Assembly (NCBI GenBank): GCA_038225475.1
Contig: JBBRRA010000004.1
Span: 168,710 to 232,709 of the forward strand
Length of the DNA stretch: 64,000 nt
Origin: Sphingomonadales bacterium
Lineage (GTDB): Bacteria > Pseudomonadota > Alphaproteobacteria > Sphingomonadales > Sphingomonadaceae
Reading direction: 5' to 3'
The notes beneath the pieces are model-generated. The model worked only from the letters and a program-made list of their open reading frames with translations. It was not told where the DNA came from and did no database searches. Shown one piece after another: positions 49,342-60,847 of this stretch (the first letter of the stretch is position 1; each line of letters begins with the position of its first letter). The translations under genes were made by a program, and so were the position numbers.

Positions 49342-50457
49342 ATGCCCCGCCGCACAACTTTCAAGGACCGCCTCGATGCGGTCCAAGGCTTCGGCCCGGG
49401 CTTCGAGCTGACCCGCCTGATATTGGCGAGCGGCGTCGTGCTATGGCACACGCTGGTCATCACCTCGTCGGAGCTCGAGGCGCGCTCGTCGCCGCTGTGG
49501 CTGCTGGCATGGGCGCTGGTGCCGATGTTCTTCGTGCTGTCGGGGTTCCTTGTCACCAAGTCGGTGCTGCGGCTGCCGGTCCGCGACTATCTGCTCAACC
49601 GTGTCGCGCGGATCGTGCCCGCGCTCGCGGTCGACATTTTGCTGTGCGCGCTGATCATCGGGCCGCTCATGACGGTATTCCCACTCGCGGCCTATGTCGC
49701 CGACCCGGCGTTCGGGCAGTACTTTCTCAACATCTTCGGCTGGGTGCATTATTTCCTGCCGGGCGTGTTTCTAGACAACCGACTGCCGGAGACGGTCAAC
49801 GGATCGCTGTGGACGGTGCCGTACGAGCTTGGCTGCTACGGCGTGCTGGCCGCGCTGATGGCGGTGGCGGTGATGCGCCGGGCGGTCTTGACCGGGCTGC
49901 TCGCCGGGGCGTGGCTGCTCGTCTCGTGGCTGTTGACGCATTTCAATGTCGATCCCGCTGGCGCTGCGGCAGGGCATGCGATGCGCTTTTTGTTTTTGCA
50001 GCAGGGGTCGAAGCTGGTGCCGTATTTCCTCGCCGGCGCGACGCTGTATCTGGGCCAAGCGCATATCCGCTATGACTGGCGGATCGCATCAGGGTGCGTG
50101 GCGGTCGTTGTTGCGCTATCGCTGGGCTTCGATGGGGCTTGGTATTGGTTCCGCCCGGTGGTGCCGTTCGTGGTATGCGCACCGTTGGCGTATCTGACGA
50201 TCTTCCTCGGGCTCAGCCCGCTGCCGACACCGCCGAGCATTGCCAAGGGGGACTATTCCTATGGCATCTATCTCTACCACTTCCCGTTGCTTCAGCTGAT
50301 CGACCACTTTCACCGGTTCGAGGCGTGGTGGCAGCTGCTGCTGGCGGCGGTGGTGCCGGTGGTCGGGGTGGCGATGTTCTCGTGGCACGTCGTGGAGCGC
50401 CCGGCGCTGGCGCTGCGGCGCAGGTTTTCGCTGGTCGGCGCGCGGGTGGCTGCTTAG
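49342..50457 (+). CDS. acyltransferase family 3 (OafA-like) membrane protein
   Basis: [52 protein letters not shown]; the upstream part of the track ORF is gatB shadow. Confidence 0.9.
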   Translation: MPRRTTFKDRLDAVQGFGPGFELTRLILASGVVLWHTLVITSSELEARSSPLWLLAWALVPMFFVLSGFLVTKSVLRLPVRDYLLNRVARIVPALAVDILLCALIIGPLMTVFPLAAYVADPAFGQYFLNIFGWVHYFLPGVFLDNRLPETVNGSLWTVPYELGCYGVLAALMAVAVMRRAVLTGLLAGAWLLVSWLLTHFNVDPAGAAAGHAMRFLFLQQGSKLVPYFLAGATLYLGQAHIRYDWRIASGCVAVVVALSLGFDGAWYWFRPVVPFVVCAPLAYLTIFLGLSPLPTPPSIAKGDYSYGIYLYHFPLLQLIDHFHRFEAWWQLLLAAVVPVVGVAMFSWHVVERPALALRRRFSLVGARVAA

Positions 50458-50458
50458 T

Positions 50459-51934
50459 TTACCACCACCGCTCGGGGCTGGCGGTGAACCCGGCCGCACG
50501 TTCGATCGCATAGCCCGCGTTAAGCACCGCGGCTTCGTCCAATGGCTTGCCGATGATCTGCAGCCCGAGCGGTAGCCCGGTGTCGGACAGCCCAGCGGGG
50601 ACCGACATCGCCGGCAGCCCGGCCAGCGACGACGGCACGGTGAAGACGTCGTTCAAATACATCTCGAGCGGGTCCACCTTGTCGCCGCTTGCGAACGCCG
50701 CACTCGGCGCGGTCGGCGTCAGGAGCACATCGCAAACCTCCCATGCCTTCGCAAAGTCCTGCGCGATCAGCGTCCGGACCCGCTGCGCCTGCGTGTAATA
50801 GGCGTCGTAATAGCCCGCCGACAGCACATAGGTGCCGATGATGATACGCCGCTTGACCTCGGGCCCGAAACCCGCTGCGCGCGTCGCTTCGTACATGTCG
50901 GCCAGACTGCCCCCCAGCGGCGCGACGCGCAGCCCAAAGCGCACGCCGTCATAGCGCGCGAGGTTCGACGAAGCCTCGGCAGGCGCGATGATGTAATAGG
51001 CGGGCAGCGCATATTTGGTGTGCGGCAGCGATACATCGACAACGGTGGCTCCGGCGGCCTTGAGCCACTCGACGCCGCGGTCCCAAAGCGCCGCGATCGT
51101 CGCGTCCATGCCGTCGAGCCGGTATTCCTTCGGGATACCGACGCGCATGCCCCGCAAGTCACCCGTCAGCGCCGCCGCCCAATCGGGCACGGGTGCGTCG
51201 ATCGAGGTGGAATCCTTGGGGTCATAGCCGCTCATCGCGGTCAGCAGAATCGCGCAGTCGCGCACATCGCGCGCCATCGGCCCGGCCTGATCGAGCGACG
51301 ATGCAAACGCCACCACTCCCCAGCGCGAACAGCGGCCATAGGTCGGCTTGATCCCGGCAATCCCGGTAAACGCCGCCGGCTGGCGGATCGAGCCGCCGGT
51401 GTCGGTGCCCGTCGCGCCCGCGCACAGCCGCGCCGAGACTGCAGCCGACGACCCGCCGCTCGACCCGCCGGGAACCAGCGGGCGGTTCGAGCCCGCTGCC
51501 CGCCACGGCGAGATGACGTTGCCGAATGCACTGGTCTCGTTCGACGAGCCCATTGCGAACTGGTCCATGTTGAGCTTGCCGAGCATGCCTGCACCGGCTG
51601 CGAACAGCCGCGCGGTGACGGTCGACTCGTATTCGGGAATGAAGCCCTTGAGGATAGCCGACCCGGCCGTGGTCTCGACGCCCTTGGTCGCAAACAGGTC
51701 TTTGATGCCCAGCGGAATGCCCGCCAGCGGCAGCGCCTCGTCTTTCCCAAGTGCGGCATCCGCAGCGGCGGCGGCGGCGAGCGCATGGTCGGGCGTTTCC
51801 ACAAGGAACGCATTGAGCGACCGGGCGGCAGCAACGGCTTCGATGTGTGCGTTGGCCAGCTCGGTTGCAGAGAAGGACTTGGCGCGCAGCCCGGCCTGCA
51901 TGCCGGCCAGCGTCAGATCGGTCAGCGCCGTCAT
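50459..51934 (-). CDS. gatA: Asp/Glu-tRNA amidotransferase subunit A
   Basis: [50 protein letters not shown]; TGATG overlap with gatC. Confidence 0.97.
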   Translation of the reverse strand: MTALTDLTLAGMQAGLRAKSFSATELANAHIEAVAAARSLNAFLVETPDHALAAAAAADAALGKDEALPLAGIPLGIKDLFATKGVETTAGSAILKGFIPEYESTVTARLFAAGAGMLGKLNMDQFAMGSSNETSAFGNVISPWRAAGSNRPLVPGGSSGGSSAAVSARLCAGATGTDTGGSIRQPAAFTGIAGIKPTYGRCSRWGVVAFASSLDQAGPMARDVRDCAILLTAMSGYDPKDSTSIDAPVPDWAAALTGDLRGMRVGIPKEYRLDGMDATIAALWDRGVEWLKAAGATVVDVSLPHTKYALPAYYIIAPAEASSNLARYDGVRFGLRVAPLGGSLADMYEATRAAGFGPEVKRRIIIGTYVLSAGYYDAYYTQAQRVRTLIAQDFAKAWEVCDVLLTPTAPSAAFASGDKVDPLEMYLNDVFTVPSSLAGLPAMSVPAGLSDTGLPLGLQIIGKPLDEAAVLNAGYAIERAAGFTASPERWW

Positions 51935-52221
51935 CAGTCGATCACCTTGGGAACCGCGAAAAAGCCGAATTCGGCCTGTGGCGCATTCGCCAGTACCGCC
52001 TTCTGGACGCCGCCGTCGGTGATCGCATCGTCGCGCCAGGCGCGCGTGATCGGCATCACCGCCGTCATCGGCGCAACACCAGCCGTGTCGACTTCGCCAA
52101 GCTGTTCGACCCAGCCGAGGATGGCGCTCAGTTCGGCAGCGAGCGGCGCGACTTCGGCCTCGGCCAGGCTGATGCGGGCAAGGTGCGCGATACGGACCAC
52201 GGTCGCAGCGTCGACGGACAT
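51934..52221 (-). CDS. gatC: Asp/Glu-tRNA amidotransferase subunit C
   Basis: [36 protein letters not shown]. Confidence 0.95.
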   Translation of the reverse strand: MSVDAATVVRIAHLARISLAEAEVAPLAAELSAILGWVEQLGEVDTAGVAPMTAVMPITRAWRDDAITDGGVQKAVLANAPQAEFGFFAVPKVID

Positions 52222-52333
52222 GGGTAAGCTTTCTCCAAAGGCTGCGCTTCGAGCCGACGCCGGGGCAACCTGCGCGGGAATGACGCTCGGCTACTAGCAT
52301 GGCGCTTTCTTTCACCACAAGCTAAGCCGCGCC

Positions 52334-53428
52334 ATGCTTGCACGCCGTTTCCTGTGGATCATCGCGATCCTGATCCTTCTCGTCATCGGTGCGGCGGTCA
52401 TCTACCGCCTGTTCGGCGATGCGCTGCTGCGTGCTGCCGAGGTGCCCAAGGTCAGCTTCGCCGCCAGCCCGGTGTCCGCGCCGCCGAACTATCGCCAGCT
52501 CAGCGGCTGGCTGGCGCAGCCGCGGCTGAACAGCGTGGCGCGCTGGACCCCGCCGGGCGTCAAGTCCACGCCCGAACCGCACGCGGTGGTCTTCTTCGTG
52601 CCGGGCAGCGCGTATTTCGGCAATGACCGCTGGACGATGCCGCTGGCCGATGCTGCAACCGACGCACGTGCAGCCGCTTTCCTCAAGGCGCAGGCCAGCG
52701 TGTTCAACGGCGTTGCCGAGGTTTGGGCGCCGCGATACCGCGCCGCGAGCTTTGGCGCGACGTTGACCGCCAGCGGCGATGCGCAGGCGGCGCTCGATTT
52801 CGCCTACGCCGACGTGCTGCGCGCATTCGATGTGTTCATGACCCAGTTGCCGACGGGTACGCCGGTCGTGCTCGCCGCGCACGGGCAGGGGTCGCGGCAA
52901 TTGCTGCGGCTGCTCAAGGACCGCGTTGCGGGAACCCCGCTCCAACACCGGATTGCCGCCGTTTACGTGATCGGCTGGCCGGTGTCGGTACAAGCCGACT
53001 TGCCAGCAACCGGCTTTCCGGCGTGCTCCTCCAAAGCACAGACCGGCTGCGTGTTCGGCTATCTCAGTTTTGCCGATCCGGCCGAACCGCGCGCCGTGCA
53101 GGCGGTGTTCGACGCCAGCCCCAGCCTGACCGGCGCGCCGCACCGTGGCACTGCGATCCTGTGCACCAACCCGCTCGACCCGGGCAGCGCCGCGCAGCCC
53201 GCGCAGCGTAACCTTGGCTCGCTGGTGCCCGATACGCAGACGCTGGTGGCACACGGCATCGGGGCGAAATGCGCGCCTGACGGGATGCTCGCAATCGGTT
53301 CGGCGCCAGCGCGCTTTGGTCAGTATGTCATGCCCGGCGGCAACTTCAGCCTCTACGACTATCACCTGTTCTGGGCGAACCTGCGCGCCGACGTCGAGAC
53401 GCGTGTCGCGGCGATGTCGCCACGGTGA
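52334..53428 (+). CDS. DUF3089-family alpha/beta-hydrolase-like protein
   Basis: N-terminal TM; [51 protein letters not shown]. Confidence 0.8.
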   Translation: MLARRFLWIIAILILLVIGAAVIYRLFGDALLRAAEVPKVSFAASPVSAPPNYRQLSGWLAQPRLNSVARWTPPGVKSTPEPHAVVFFVPGSAYFGNDRWTMPLADAATDARAAAFLKAQASVFNGVAEVWAPRYRAASFGATLTASGDAQAALDFAYADVLRAFDVFMTQLPTGTPVVLAAHGQGSRQLLRLLKDRVAGTPLQHRIAAVYVIGWPVSVQADLPATGFPACSSKAQTGCVFGYLSFADPAEPRAVQAVFDASPSLTGAPHRGTAILCTNPLDPGSAAQPAQRNLGSLVPDTQTLVAHGIGAKCAPDGMLAIGSAPARFGQYVMPGGNFSLYDYHLFWANLRADVETRVAAMSPR

Positions 53429-53895
53429 TCACCACCGAAGCGCGGGTGTTTCGCGAGGCGCTGGCCGAAGGCGGGCGGCTGGCGGCGTTCGATGTCGGCA
53501 CCAAGACGATCGGCATCGCCACTTGCGATTCGGGTTGGAGTTTTGCCAGCGCGCTATCGACGCTGGTGCGCACTAAATTTACGCCCGACCTCGCCAAATT
53601 GCAGGCACTGCTCGCTGCCGAGCGCGTCACTGGGCTGGTCGTCGGGCTGCCGCTGAGCATGGACGGCAGCGATAGCCCGCGCACGCAGTCGGTCCGCCAG
53701 TTCGCCAAAAGCATCGAAGCGCCGCTCGCGTTGCCGATCCTGTTGTGGGACGAGCGTTGGTCAACCGTCGCCGTCGAACGCGCGATGATCGACGCCGACC
53801 TGTCGCGGGCAAAACGCCACGCGCTGGTCGACAAGCTGGCGGCAGCGCACATCCTGCAAGGCGCGATCGACGCGCTGATGCATCTCGAAGCCTGA
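53425..53895 (+). CDS. ruvX: YqgF/RuvX nuclease
   Basis: [42 protein letters not shown]. Confidence 0.93.
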   Translation: MITTEARVFREALAEGGRLAAFDVGTKTIGIATCDSGWSFASALSTLVRTKFTPDLAKLQALLAAERVTGLVVGLPLSMDGSDSPRTQSVRQFAKSIEAPLALPILLWDERWSTVAVERAMIDADLSRAKRHALVDKLAAAHILQGAIDALMHLEA

Positions 53896-53935
53896 TGCTT
53901 CCCACGCTTCGTCCAAACCGCTACACCCCATTGCC

Positions 53936-54922
53936 ATGACCGCGCCGCCAGCAGCGACACCGCCACATCTCGCCAGCCATCACCCGTTTCCGCACCGCCA
54001 TCTGCTCGGCATAGGCGAGTTGCACCCGCACGAGATCGGCTGGTTGCTCGACGCGGCGGAGGGGTGGATTGCGGTCAACCGTGCCAAGCGCAAGCATGAC
54101 GACCGGCTCGCGGGGCTGACGCTCATCAACGCTTTTTTCGAGAACAGCACCCGCACGCTGTTGTCGTTCGAGATCGCCGGCAAACGGCTGGGTGCCGATG
54201 TGGTCAACATGGGCGTCGGCAGTTCGTCGGTGAAAAAGGGCGAGACGCTGCTCGATACCGCGCTGACGTTGAACGCGATGCACCCCGATATGCTCGTCAT
54301 CCGCCACGCCTCGTCGGGTGCGGTGCAGCTGATCGCCGAAAAGGTCGATTGTCCGGTGTTGAACGCGGGCGACGGGCGGCACGAGCATCCGACGCAGGCG
54401 CTGCTCGATGCGCTGACCATCCGACGCCGCAAGGGCGGCATCGACGGGCTGACGGTGGCGATCTGCGGTGACATTCTGCACAGCCGGGTGGCGCGCTCGA
54501 ACTTTCAGTTGCTCGGCTCGATGGGCGCGAAGGTGCGCGCGGTTGCGCCGCCGACGCTGCTCGCCAGCGACCTCGATCGGCTTGGCGTCGAGACGTTCAC
54601 CGACATGGATGCCGGGCTCGACGGGGCCGATGTCGTGATGATGCTGCGGTTGCAACGCGAGCGGATGAGCGGCGGTTACGTGCCCAGTCCGCGCGAGTAT
54701 TTCCATTACTATGGCCTGACGCGGGCGCGGCTGGCGGCGTGCAAGCCCGATGTGCTGGTCATGCATCCCGGCCCGATGAACCGCGGCGTCGAGATCGATT
54801 CGGCGGTCGCCGACGACATCACGCGCTCGGGCGTCACCGAACAGGTCGAGATGGGTGTGGCGGTGCGGATGGCGTGCCTCGACGTGCTGACCCGGTCGCG
54901 GCGCGGGGTCGCGGGGTGGTAA
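53936..54922 (+). CDS. pyrB: aspartate carbamoyltransferase catalytic subunit
   Basis: [47 protein letters not shown]. Confidence 0.98.
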   Translation: MTAPPAATPPHLASHHPFPHRHLLGIGELHPHEIGWLLDAAEGWIAVNRAKRKHDDRLAGLTLINAFFENSTRTLLSFEIAGKRLGADVVNMGVGSSSVKKGETLLDTALTLNAMHPDMLVIRHASSGAVQLIAEKVDCPVLNAGDGRHEHPTQALLDALTIRRRKGGIDGLTVAICGDILHSRVARSNFQLLGSMGAKVRAVAPPTLLASDLDRLGVETFTDMDAGLDGADVVMMLRLQRERMSGGYVPSPREYFHYYGLTRARLAACKPDVLVMHPGPMNRGVEIDSAVADDITRSGVTEQVEMGVAVRMACLDVLTRSRRGVAGW

Positions 54923-56139
54923 TCCACTTTACCAATGCGCGACTGGTCGATGCCACGCGCGATGCGCCGGGCGCGCTGCTGATTGTCGACCGGCAGATCG
55001 CGTGGGTCGGTGCAGGCGAGGTGCCGAGCCATGCGCGCACGGTCGATTGCGGTGGCCGCATGCTCGCCCCTGCGCTGATCGACGGCGGCGTGTTCAGCGC
55101 GGATGCCCCGGCGTGTCTTGCTGGCGGCATTGCCAGCATCGTGCTGATGCCTGACGGATCGCCGCCGCTCGACGAACCGGCGCTGATCGAGTTTGCCCGT
55201 GCGCACGTCAAGCCGCACATTTGGGTGCATCCGCTCGCCGCAGCAACGCGTGCGCTGGCCGGTGCAGAGCTTGCCGAAGTCGGGCTGTGCAAGGCGGCAG
55301 GCGCGGTCGGCGTCGCCACCGGGCGCACCGCGATCGCGGATGCCGGCGTGATGTTCCGGCTGCTGCAATATGCAAGCGCGTTCGATATGGTCGTCGTCAG
55401 CCACGCCGAGAATACTGCGCTGGTCGGTGACGCGGTCGCTACCGAAGGGGAGTTCGCCACGCGCATGGGGCTTCCCGCTGCGCCGGCGTTCGCCGAAGCG
55501 ATGGCGGTGGCGCGCGACCTGCGGTTGGCCGAGGCGGCCGGCGCGCGGCTGCATTTCCGCCAGGTGACCACGGCGGAAAGCCTTGGCCTGATCCGCACGG
55601 CAAAGGCGCGTGGGCAGCGTGTCACCTGCGGCGTCACCCCAGCGCACTTCCTGTTGAACGAGCAGGCCGTCAGCGGCTATCGGACGTTTGCGCGCGTCTC
55701 GCCGCCGTTGCGCCATGAGGACGACCGCAAGGCGGTGATCGCGGCGCTTGCCGACGGTACCATCGATGTCATCGCCAGCGGTCACGACCCGCGAAGCCAG
55801 GAGCAAAAGCGCCTGCCGTTCGCCGATGCCGAGCCCGGCATGGTGGGGGCGGAGACGCTGCTGGCGCTCGCAGCGACGCTGGTTCGCGACGAACAGGTAT
55901 CGTGGTGCGGCCTGCTGGCGATGCTTGCGGCCAATCCGGCGCGTATCTTCGGCTTGCCGGGCGGGCGGCTCGTGAGCGGTGCGCCGGCCGACCTGATCAT
56001 GGTCGATGCCGATGCACCGTGGCGGATTGCTGCCGACCGGCTGCAGGCGACGGCGGGCAATACGCCATTCGATGGGCTGCCGACGCAGGGGCGGGTCCTG
56101 ATGACGATCAAAGGCGGGGAGGTGTTGTGGGAACTGTGA
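54916..56139 (+). CDS. pyrC: dihydroorotase-like protein (probably non-catalytic PyrC')
   Basis: Follows pyrB; [25 protein letters not shown]; metal motif DxHxH replaced by DGGVF. Confidence 0.85.
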   Translation: MVIHFTNARLVDATRDAPGALLIVDRQIAWVGAGEVPSHARTVDCGGRMLAPALIDGGVFSADAPACLAGGIASIVLMPDGSPPLDEPALIEFARAHVKPHIWVHPLAAATRALAGAELAEVGLCKAAGAVGVATGRTAIADAGVMFRLLQYASAFDMVVVSHAENTALVGDAVATEGEFATRMGLPAAPAFAEAMAVARDLRLAEAAGARLHFRQVTTAESLGLIRTAKARGQRVTCGVTPAHFLLNEQAVSGYRTFARVSPPLRHEDDRKAVIAALADGTIDVIASGHDPRSQEQKRLPFADAEPGMVGAETLLALAATLVRDEQVSWCGLLAMLAANPARIFGLPGGRLVSGAPADLIMVDADAPWRIAADRLQATAGNTPFDGLPTQGRVLMTIKGGEVLWEL

Positions 56140-57155
56140 TCCGCGCTGGATTGGCCGTCGCCGCACTGGCGCTGATGGCCGCTGCGCCCGTACCGGTTGT
56201 GCCGCCGATGCCTGCTGTGGTGTCGACGGCGACGATCAAGACCGGGGTCGAGAAGTGGCGCGCCGGGGCCTATGCCGAGGCGGTCACGATCTGGAAGCCA
56301 TTTGCCGCCGCCGGCGATCCCGATGCGCTGTTCAATCTGGGGCAGGCGTACAAGTTGGGGCGCGGCGTGACGGCGGACCCGGCGACGGCGCGCGACTTTT
56401 ACCGCAAGGCCGCTGCCAAGGGGCATATGCCGGCGCAGGCCAACCTTGGCATCTCGCTGTTTCAGACCGGCGAGAAGCCCGAGGCGGTGCGCTGGCTGCG
56501 GATGGCAGCCGACCGTGGCGAGGCGCGGGCGCAATATGTGCTGGGCATCGCGGCGTTCAACGGCGACGGCCTCGTGCGGGCGCAAGGGCTCGGCTATGGC
56601 TATCTGCTGCGCAGCGCGGCGTCGGGTCTGCCGCAGGCGACGACCGCGCTCGGCAGTGTCGAGCCCGCGCTGAGCCCCTCGGACCGGACAGTTGGCGAGA
56701 CCGTCGCGGCAAGCCTTGCGGCGGGCAAGGGCGTGCCCGCCGGGCTGGCCCTCGCCACCGCGCCGCGGCTGATTACCTCGCCGCCGTCGCCCAGCACGAT
56801 GCCGCTGCGGACCACCGCAACGCTGCCACCGCCGCCGATGATCAAGGCGCCGCCACCACCCGCCGTGCCGCTGTCGGTGACCACCGAGACCGGCGCGCTC
56901 AAGCCCGATATCGCCACCCCTGAAGCGCCCGGCTGGCGCGTCCAGCTCGGCGCGTTCGCGCAGCGCCGCCAGGCCGACGAGGCGTGGGCCAGCCTGCACG
57001 GCGAGGCGCTTGGCGCGGGCGTCAAGCCGATCTTCGCCACCGACGGCAGCGTCACCCGGTTGCAGATCGGCCCGTATCCGACCCGCGACGCGGCACGCGC
57101 GGCTTGTTCGAAACTATCCGAAAACGGCCGCGCCTGTTTCGTGACGTCGGGGTAG
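56136..57155 (+). CDS. Sel1-repeat plus SPOR domain protein
   Basis: Signal peptide; Sel1 repeats (ALFNLGQAY, AQANLG, AQYVLG); C-terminal WRVQLGAF..RLQIGPY..ARAAC. Confidence 0.9.
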   Translation: MIRAGLAVAALALMAAAPVPVVPPMPAVVSTATIKTGVEKWRAGAYAEAVTIWKPFAAAGDPDALFNLGQAYKLGRGVTADPATARDFYRKAAAKGHMPAQANLGISLFQTGEKPEAVRWLRMAADRGEARAQYVLGIAAFNGDGLVRAQGLGYGYLLRSAASGLPQATTALGSVEPALSPSDRTVGETVAASLAAGKGVPAGLALATAPRLITSPPSPSTMPLRTTATLPPPPMIKAPPPPAVPLSVTTETGALKPDIATPEAPGWRVQLGAFAQRRQADEAWASLHGEALGAGVKPIFATDGSVTRLQIGPYPTRDAARAACSKLSENGRACFVTSG

Positions 57156-57280
57156 CGCGGTTTCGACTCGTAAGTTGATGAAGTTGATGACACGTAGCGG
57201 GGGGAGTCTGCCCCTTTTGGGGTTTTTACGGTCGCTGACGCGCAACGGGCATAGGGGCGGGACAGGTTTTTCACCGCACC

Positions 57281-57308
57281 AATATATCCAAATCGGATAA
57301 TTTGTCAA
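57281..57308 (-). promoter_or_regulatory. sigma-70-like promoter with a spacer palindrome, no downstream sense gene
   Basis: TTGACA-N16-TATATT on the minus strand; TATCC-N5-GGATA palindrome across the spacer. Confidence 0.45.
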
Positions 57309-57348
57309 CAGTTTTCTCGCGCTCATGGAACAGCCTGCAGTAGCCCCC

Positions 57349-60300
57349 TCAGGCCGCGACGCGCACCGCCACCCCCGGCCACTTCGCCCAAAGTTCAGCC
57401 TCGCGGCGCGCGGCAACTTCGGCGGCGGCATGCTTGACCGGGCCGAAGCCGCGAACGCTGAGCGGCAGCGCGGCGATCTCGACGGCGAGCGCGCCGTTGT
57501 CGGGCGTCAGTCCGGTGAGCAGCCGCTCGACGGTCGCTTCGAACGCGGTGATTGCGGCGCGTTCGCCGCGGCGTTCGGCGCTATAGCCGAACGGGTCGAA
57601 CACACCGCCGCGCAGGCCTTTCAGCCGCGCGAGCACGCCGAACGCGCTGAATACCCAAGGCCCGAAGCTGTATTTCCGCGGGCGGCCGGTCGCCGGATCG
57701 GTGCGGGCGAGCAGCGGCGGCGAAAGCTGGACGCGCGGTTTGACGTCGCCGGCGAACTGCGCCGCGAATGCCGCCTTGAAGCGGCCGTCGCTGTACAGGC
57801 GGCCGATTTCATATTCGTCCTTATAGGCCAACAGCTTGTAATAGCTGCGCGCGACCGCCTCGGTCAGCTGATCGTGGCCGGACGCGCGGACGCGCGCGAC
57901 CAAGGCGCTGAACCGCGCCGCATAGGCGGCGTCCTGATACGCCGTCAGGTCGGTTACGCGGCGGCGGAGCATTTCGTCGAGCGTGGTCGCGGGCGGCTCG
58001 ACCGCCGTTCCGCGCGCCGCCTCGACCATGGCGACGACCTTTTCGGGCGCGTTCGCCAATAACCGGCCCAGCGCAAACGCGCGCTTGTTGAACGGCACCT
58101 GGACGCCGTTCAATTCGATCGCCGTCTCGATGCTGGCAAGCTGCAACGGGATCAGCCCCGACTGCCAGGCATAGCCCATCAGCAGGATGTTCGCGCCGAT
58201 CGCATCGCCGAGCAATGCCGTCGCCACAGTGTCGGCGGCAACGAAATCGCACGCGTTGGGGTTCGATGCCTTGCGGATCGCGCGCTCGACCGCGCTCGAG
58301 CGGAAATCGAGGTCGCGGTTGCGCACGAAATCCGCCGTCGGCGCGATGTCGCCGTTCGCGACCACCGCAGTGCGCGTCGGCACCATCAGCGTCTGGCACG
58401 CCTTGTCGGCGGCGACCACCGCGTCGCAGGCGAGCACGAGGTCGGCCCCGCCCGCGATGATTCGCGGCGATGTCAGGTCGGCGTCGATTGCAGCAAGGCG
58501 GACGTGCGAATAGACCGCGCCGCCCTTCTGCGCGAGGCCGGCCATGTCGGCGGTGGTCGATGCCAGCCCTTCGATATGCCCGGCGGTGCCGAGCAGCGCC
58601 GACACGGTCAGCACGCCGGTGCCGCCGATGCCGGTGACCATGATGTTATAACCGTGGCCGGGGCTGGGGATGCGCGGTTCGGGCACGCCGCTCAGGTCGA
58701 CATCGGCCGCCTTCGCCTTGCGGAGTTCGGCGCCTTCGACGGTGACGAAGCTGGGGCAGAAGCCCTTGAGGCAGCTATAATCCTTGTTGCAGCTCGACTG
58801 GTTGATCCGGCGCTTGCGGCCAAATTCGGTTTCGAGCGGCTCGATCGAGACGCAGTTCGACTGCACCGAACAGTCGCCGCAGCCTTCGCAGACGGCGCTG
58901 TTGATGAACACGCGCTGCGCCGGATCGACGAGCGTCTGGCGCTTGCGGCGGCGGCGCTTTTCGGCAGCGCAGGTCTGGTCGAAGATAATGACGGTGGTCC
59001 CCGCCGTCGCGGCGAACTCGTCCTGAATGGCCGGCAGCGCCGACCGGTCGAGCAGGCGGACTCCGTCGGGCAGCGTGACGCCGGTATAACGCGTTAGATC
59101 CTCGGTCAGCACGACGGCTTTCTTGACCCGCTCGGCGACCATCTGCTGCGCGATCTGATCGACCGACAGCTCGCCGTCGTGTTTCTGTCCGCCGGTCATC
59201 GCGACCGCGTCATTGTACAGGATCTTGTAGGTAATGTTGACCTTGGCGGCGACCGACTGGCGGATCGCAAGGATGCCCGAATGGAAATAGGTGCCGTCGC
59301 CAAGGTTGGCGAACACATGCTTTTCCGAAGTGAACGGGGCCTCGCCGACCCAGGTGACGCCTTCGCCGCCCATCTGCGTGAAGGTTTCGGCGCGGTCCAT
59401 CCAGAGCGCCATGATGTGGCAGCCGATGCCCGCCAGCGTGCGCGCGCCGTCGGGAGCCTTGGTCGAGGTGTTGTGCGGGCAGCCCGAGCAGAAATACGGG
59501 CTGCGCTTGATCGGCACCTGATAGGCGGCGGCCTTGGCATCCTGTTCATCGAAGAACTTCAGCCGGTCGCGGATTGCGTCGGTGTCATAATATTTCTGGA
59601 TGCGCGCCGCGACGACATGCGCGATCGTGCCCGGCGTCAGCTCGTTGTCGGGCGACAGCAACCAGTCGCCGTTTTCGTCATGCTTGCCGACGACGCGCGG
59701 GCGCACGGCCTCGCGCCAGTTGTACAGCTGCCAGCGCAGCTGATGTTCGATGAACTCGCGCTTTTCCTCGATGACGAGAACCTCCTCGAGCCCCTCGGCA
59801 AACGCGCGGATGCCGTCGGGCTCCAATGGCCATGGCATCCCGACCTTGTACACGCGCAAGCCGATCGACGCGGCGACACCGGCATCGATCCCAAGCTCGG
59901 ACAGTGCCTCCATCGTGTCGGCATAGGCCTTGCCGGTGGTGACGATGCCGAAGCGCGGGCGCGGTGTGTCCCAGATCATCCGGTCGATGCCGTTCGCCTT
60001 GGCAAACGCCAGCGCGGCAAAGCCCTTGTAGCGTTGCAGCCGGGTGTCTTCCTCGCGCCATACATCATTGGGGCGAATGCCGAGGCCGCCCGCCGGGAAA
60101 TCGAACGGCGGCAGGATGATGCGGCGCTGCTCGACCGCCAGATCGACCGTCGCCGATGTTTCGACCGTGTCGGCGGTCGCCTTGAAGCCGACCCAGGTTC
60201 CGGCAAAGCGGCTCATCGCCAGCCCGAGCAGGCCATATTCGACATATTCACTCACCGACGACGGTGACAGGAACGGCACGAACGCCGCCTGAAAATTATG

Positions 60301-60786
60301 GTCGGACTGGTGCGGCAGCGTGCTCGATTTCGCGCCGTGGTCATCGCCGACGATCGCCAGCACGCCGCCGTGCGGCGCAGTCCCGGCGGCGTTGGCGTGC
60401 TTCATCACGTCCATCGCGCGGTCGAGGCCGGGGCCCTTGCCGTACCAGATGCCGAACACGCCATCGACCGTCGCGCCGGGGCGCAGGCCGACATGCTGGC
60501 TGCCCCACACCGCTGTCGCGCCCAGCTCCTCGTTGATGCCGGGGACGAAGACGATATTTTCGGCGTCGAGCAGCTTTTTCGCGCGCCACAGCTCCTGATC
60601 GTAGTTGCCGAGCGGCGAGCCCCGATACCCCGAGATGAAGCCGCCGGTGTTCAGCCCGGCAGCGCGGTCGCGTGCGCGCTGCACCAGCGGCAGCCGGACC
60701 AGCGCCTGCAGCCCGGAAAGGAACACCCGCCCTTCGGTAAAGCGATATTTATCATCGAGTGAAACCGGCGCAACACCACTAACCAT
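57349..60786 (-). CDS. indolepyruvate ferredoxin oxidoreductase family protein (fused subunits, 1145 aa)
   Basis: SGYRGSPLG, PYFCSGCPHN, LGDGTYFHSG, CEGCGDC..SNC, TGIGGTGV, GLAQKGG. Confidence 0.93.
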   Translation of the reverse strand: MVSGVAPVSLDDKYRFTEGRVFLSGLQALVRLPLVQRARDRAAGLNTGGFISGYRGSPLGNYDQELWRAKKLLDAENIVFVPGINEELGATAVWGSQHVGLRPGATVDGVFGIWYGKGPGLDRAMDVMKHANAAGTAPHGGVLAIVGDDHGAKSSTLPHQSDHNFQAAFVPFLSPSSVSEYVEYGLLGLAMSRFAGTWVGFKATADTVETSATVDLAVEQRRIILPPFDFPAGGLGIRPNDVWREEDTRLQRYKGFAALAFAKANGIDRMIWDTPRPRFGIVTTGKAYADTMEALSELGIDAGVAASIGLRVYKVGMPWPLEPDGIRAFAEGLEEVLVIEEKREFIEHQLRWQLYNWREAVRPRVVGKHDENGDWLLSPDNELTPGTIAHVVAARIQKYYDTDAIRDRLKFFDEQDAKAAAYQVPIKRSPYFCSGCPHNTSTKAPDGARTLAGIGCHIMALWMDRAETFTQMGGEGVTWVGEAPFTSEKHVFANLGDGTYFHSGILAIRQSVAAKVNITYKILYNDAVAMTGGQKHDGELSVDQIAQQMVAERVKKAVVLTEDLTRYTGVTLPDGVRLLDRSALPAIQDEFAATAGTTVIIFDQTCAAEKRRRRKRQTLVDPAQRVFINSAVCEGCGDCSVQSNCVSIEPLETEFGRKRRINQSSCNKDYSCLKGFCPSFVTVEGAELRKAKAADVDLSGVPEPRIPSPGHGYNIMVTGIGGTGVLTVSALLGTAGHIEGLASTTADMAGLAQKGGAVYSHVRLAAIDADLTSPRIIAGGADLVLACDAVVAADKACQTLMVPTRTAVVANGDIAPTADFVRNRDLDFRSSAVERAIRKASNPNACDFVAADTVATALLGDAIGANILLMGYAWQSGLIPLQLASIETAIELNGVQVPFNKRAFALGRLLANAPEKVVAMVEAARGTAVEPPATTLDEMLRRRVTDLTAYQDAAYAARFSALVARVRASGHDQLTEAVARSYYKLLAYKDEYEIGRLYSDGRFKAAFAAQFAGDVKPRVQLSPPLLARTDPATGRPRKYSFGPWVFSAFGVLARLKGLRGGVFDPFGYSAERRGERAAITAFEATVERLLTGLTPDNGALAVEIAALPLSVRGFGPVKHAAAEVAARREAELWAKWPGVAVRVAA

Positions 60787-60847
60787 CGTCCAAGGAGCCT
60801 TCTATCGAGGTTAGGTCAATAATACTGCCCTTTGAGTCCGAATACAA

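Noticed and set aside
56600-57274. 224-aa minus-strand ORF downstream of the orphan promoter
   Set aside because: Mostly antisense to the SPOR gene in mirrored register, with no RBS or recognisable motif; treated as shadow.
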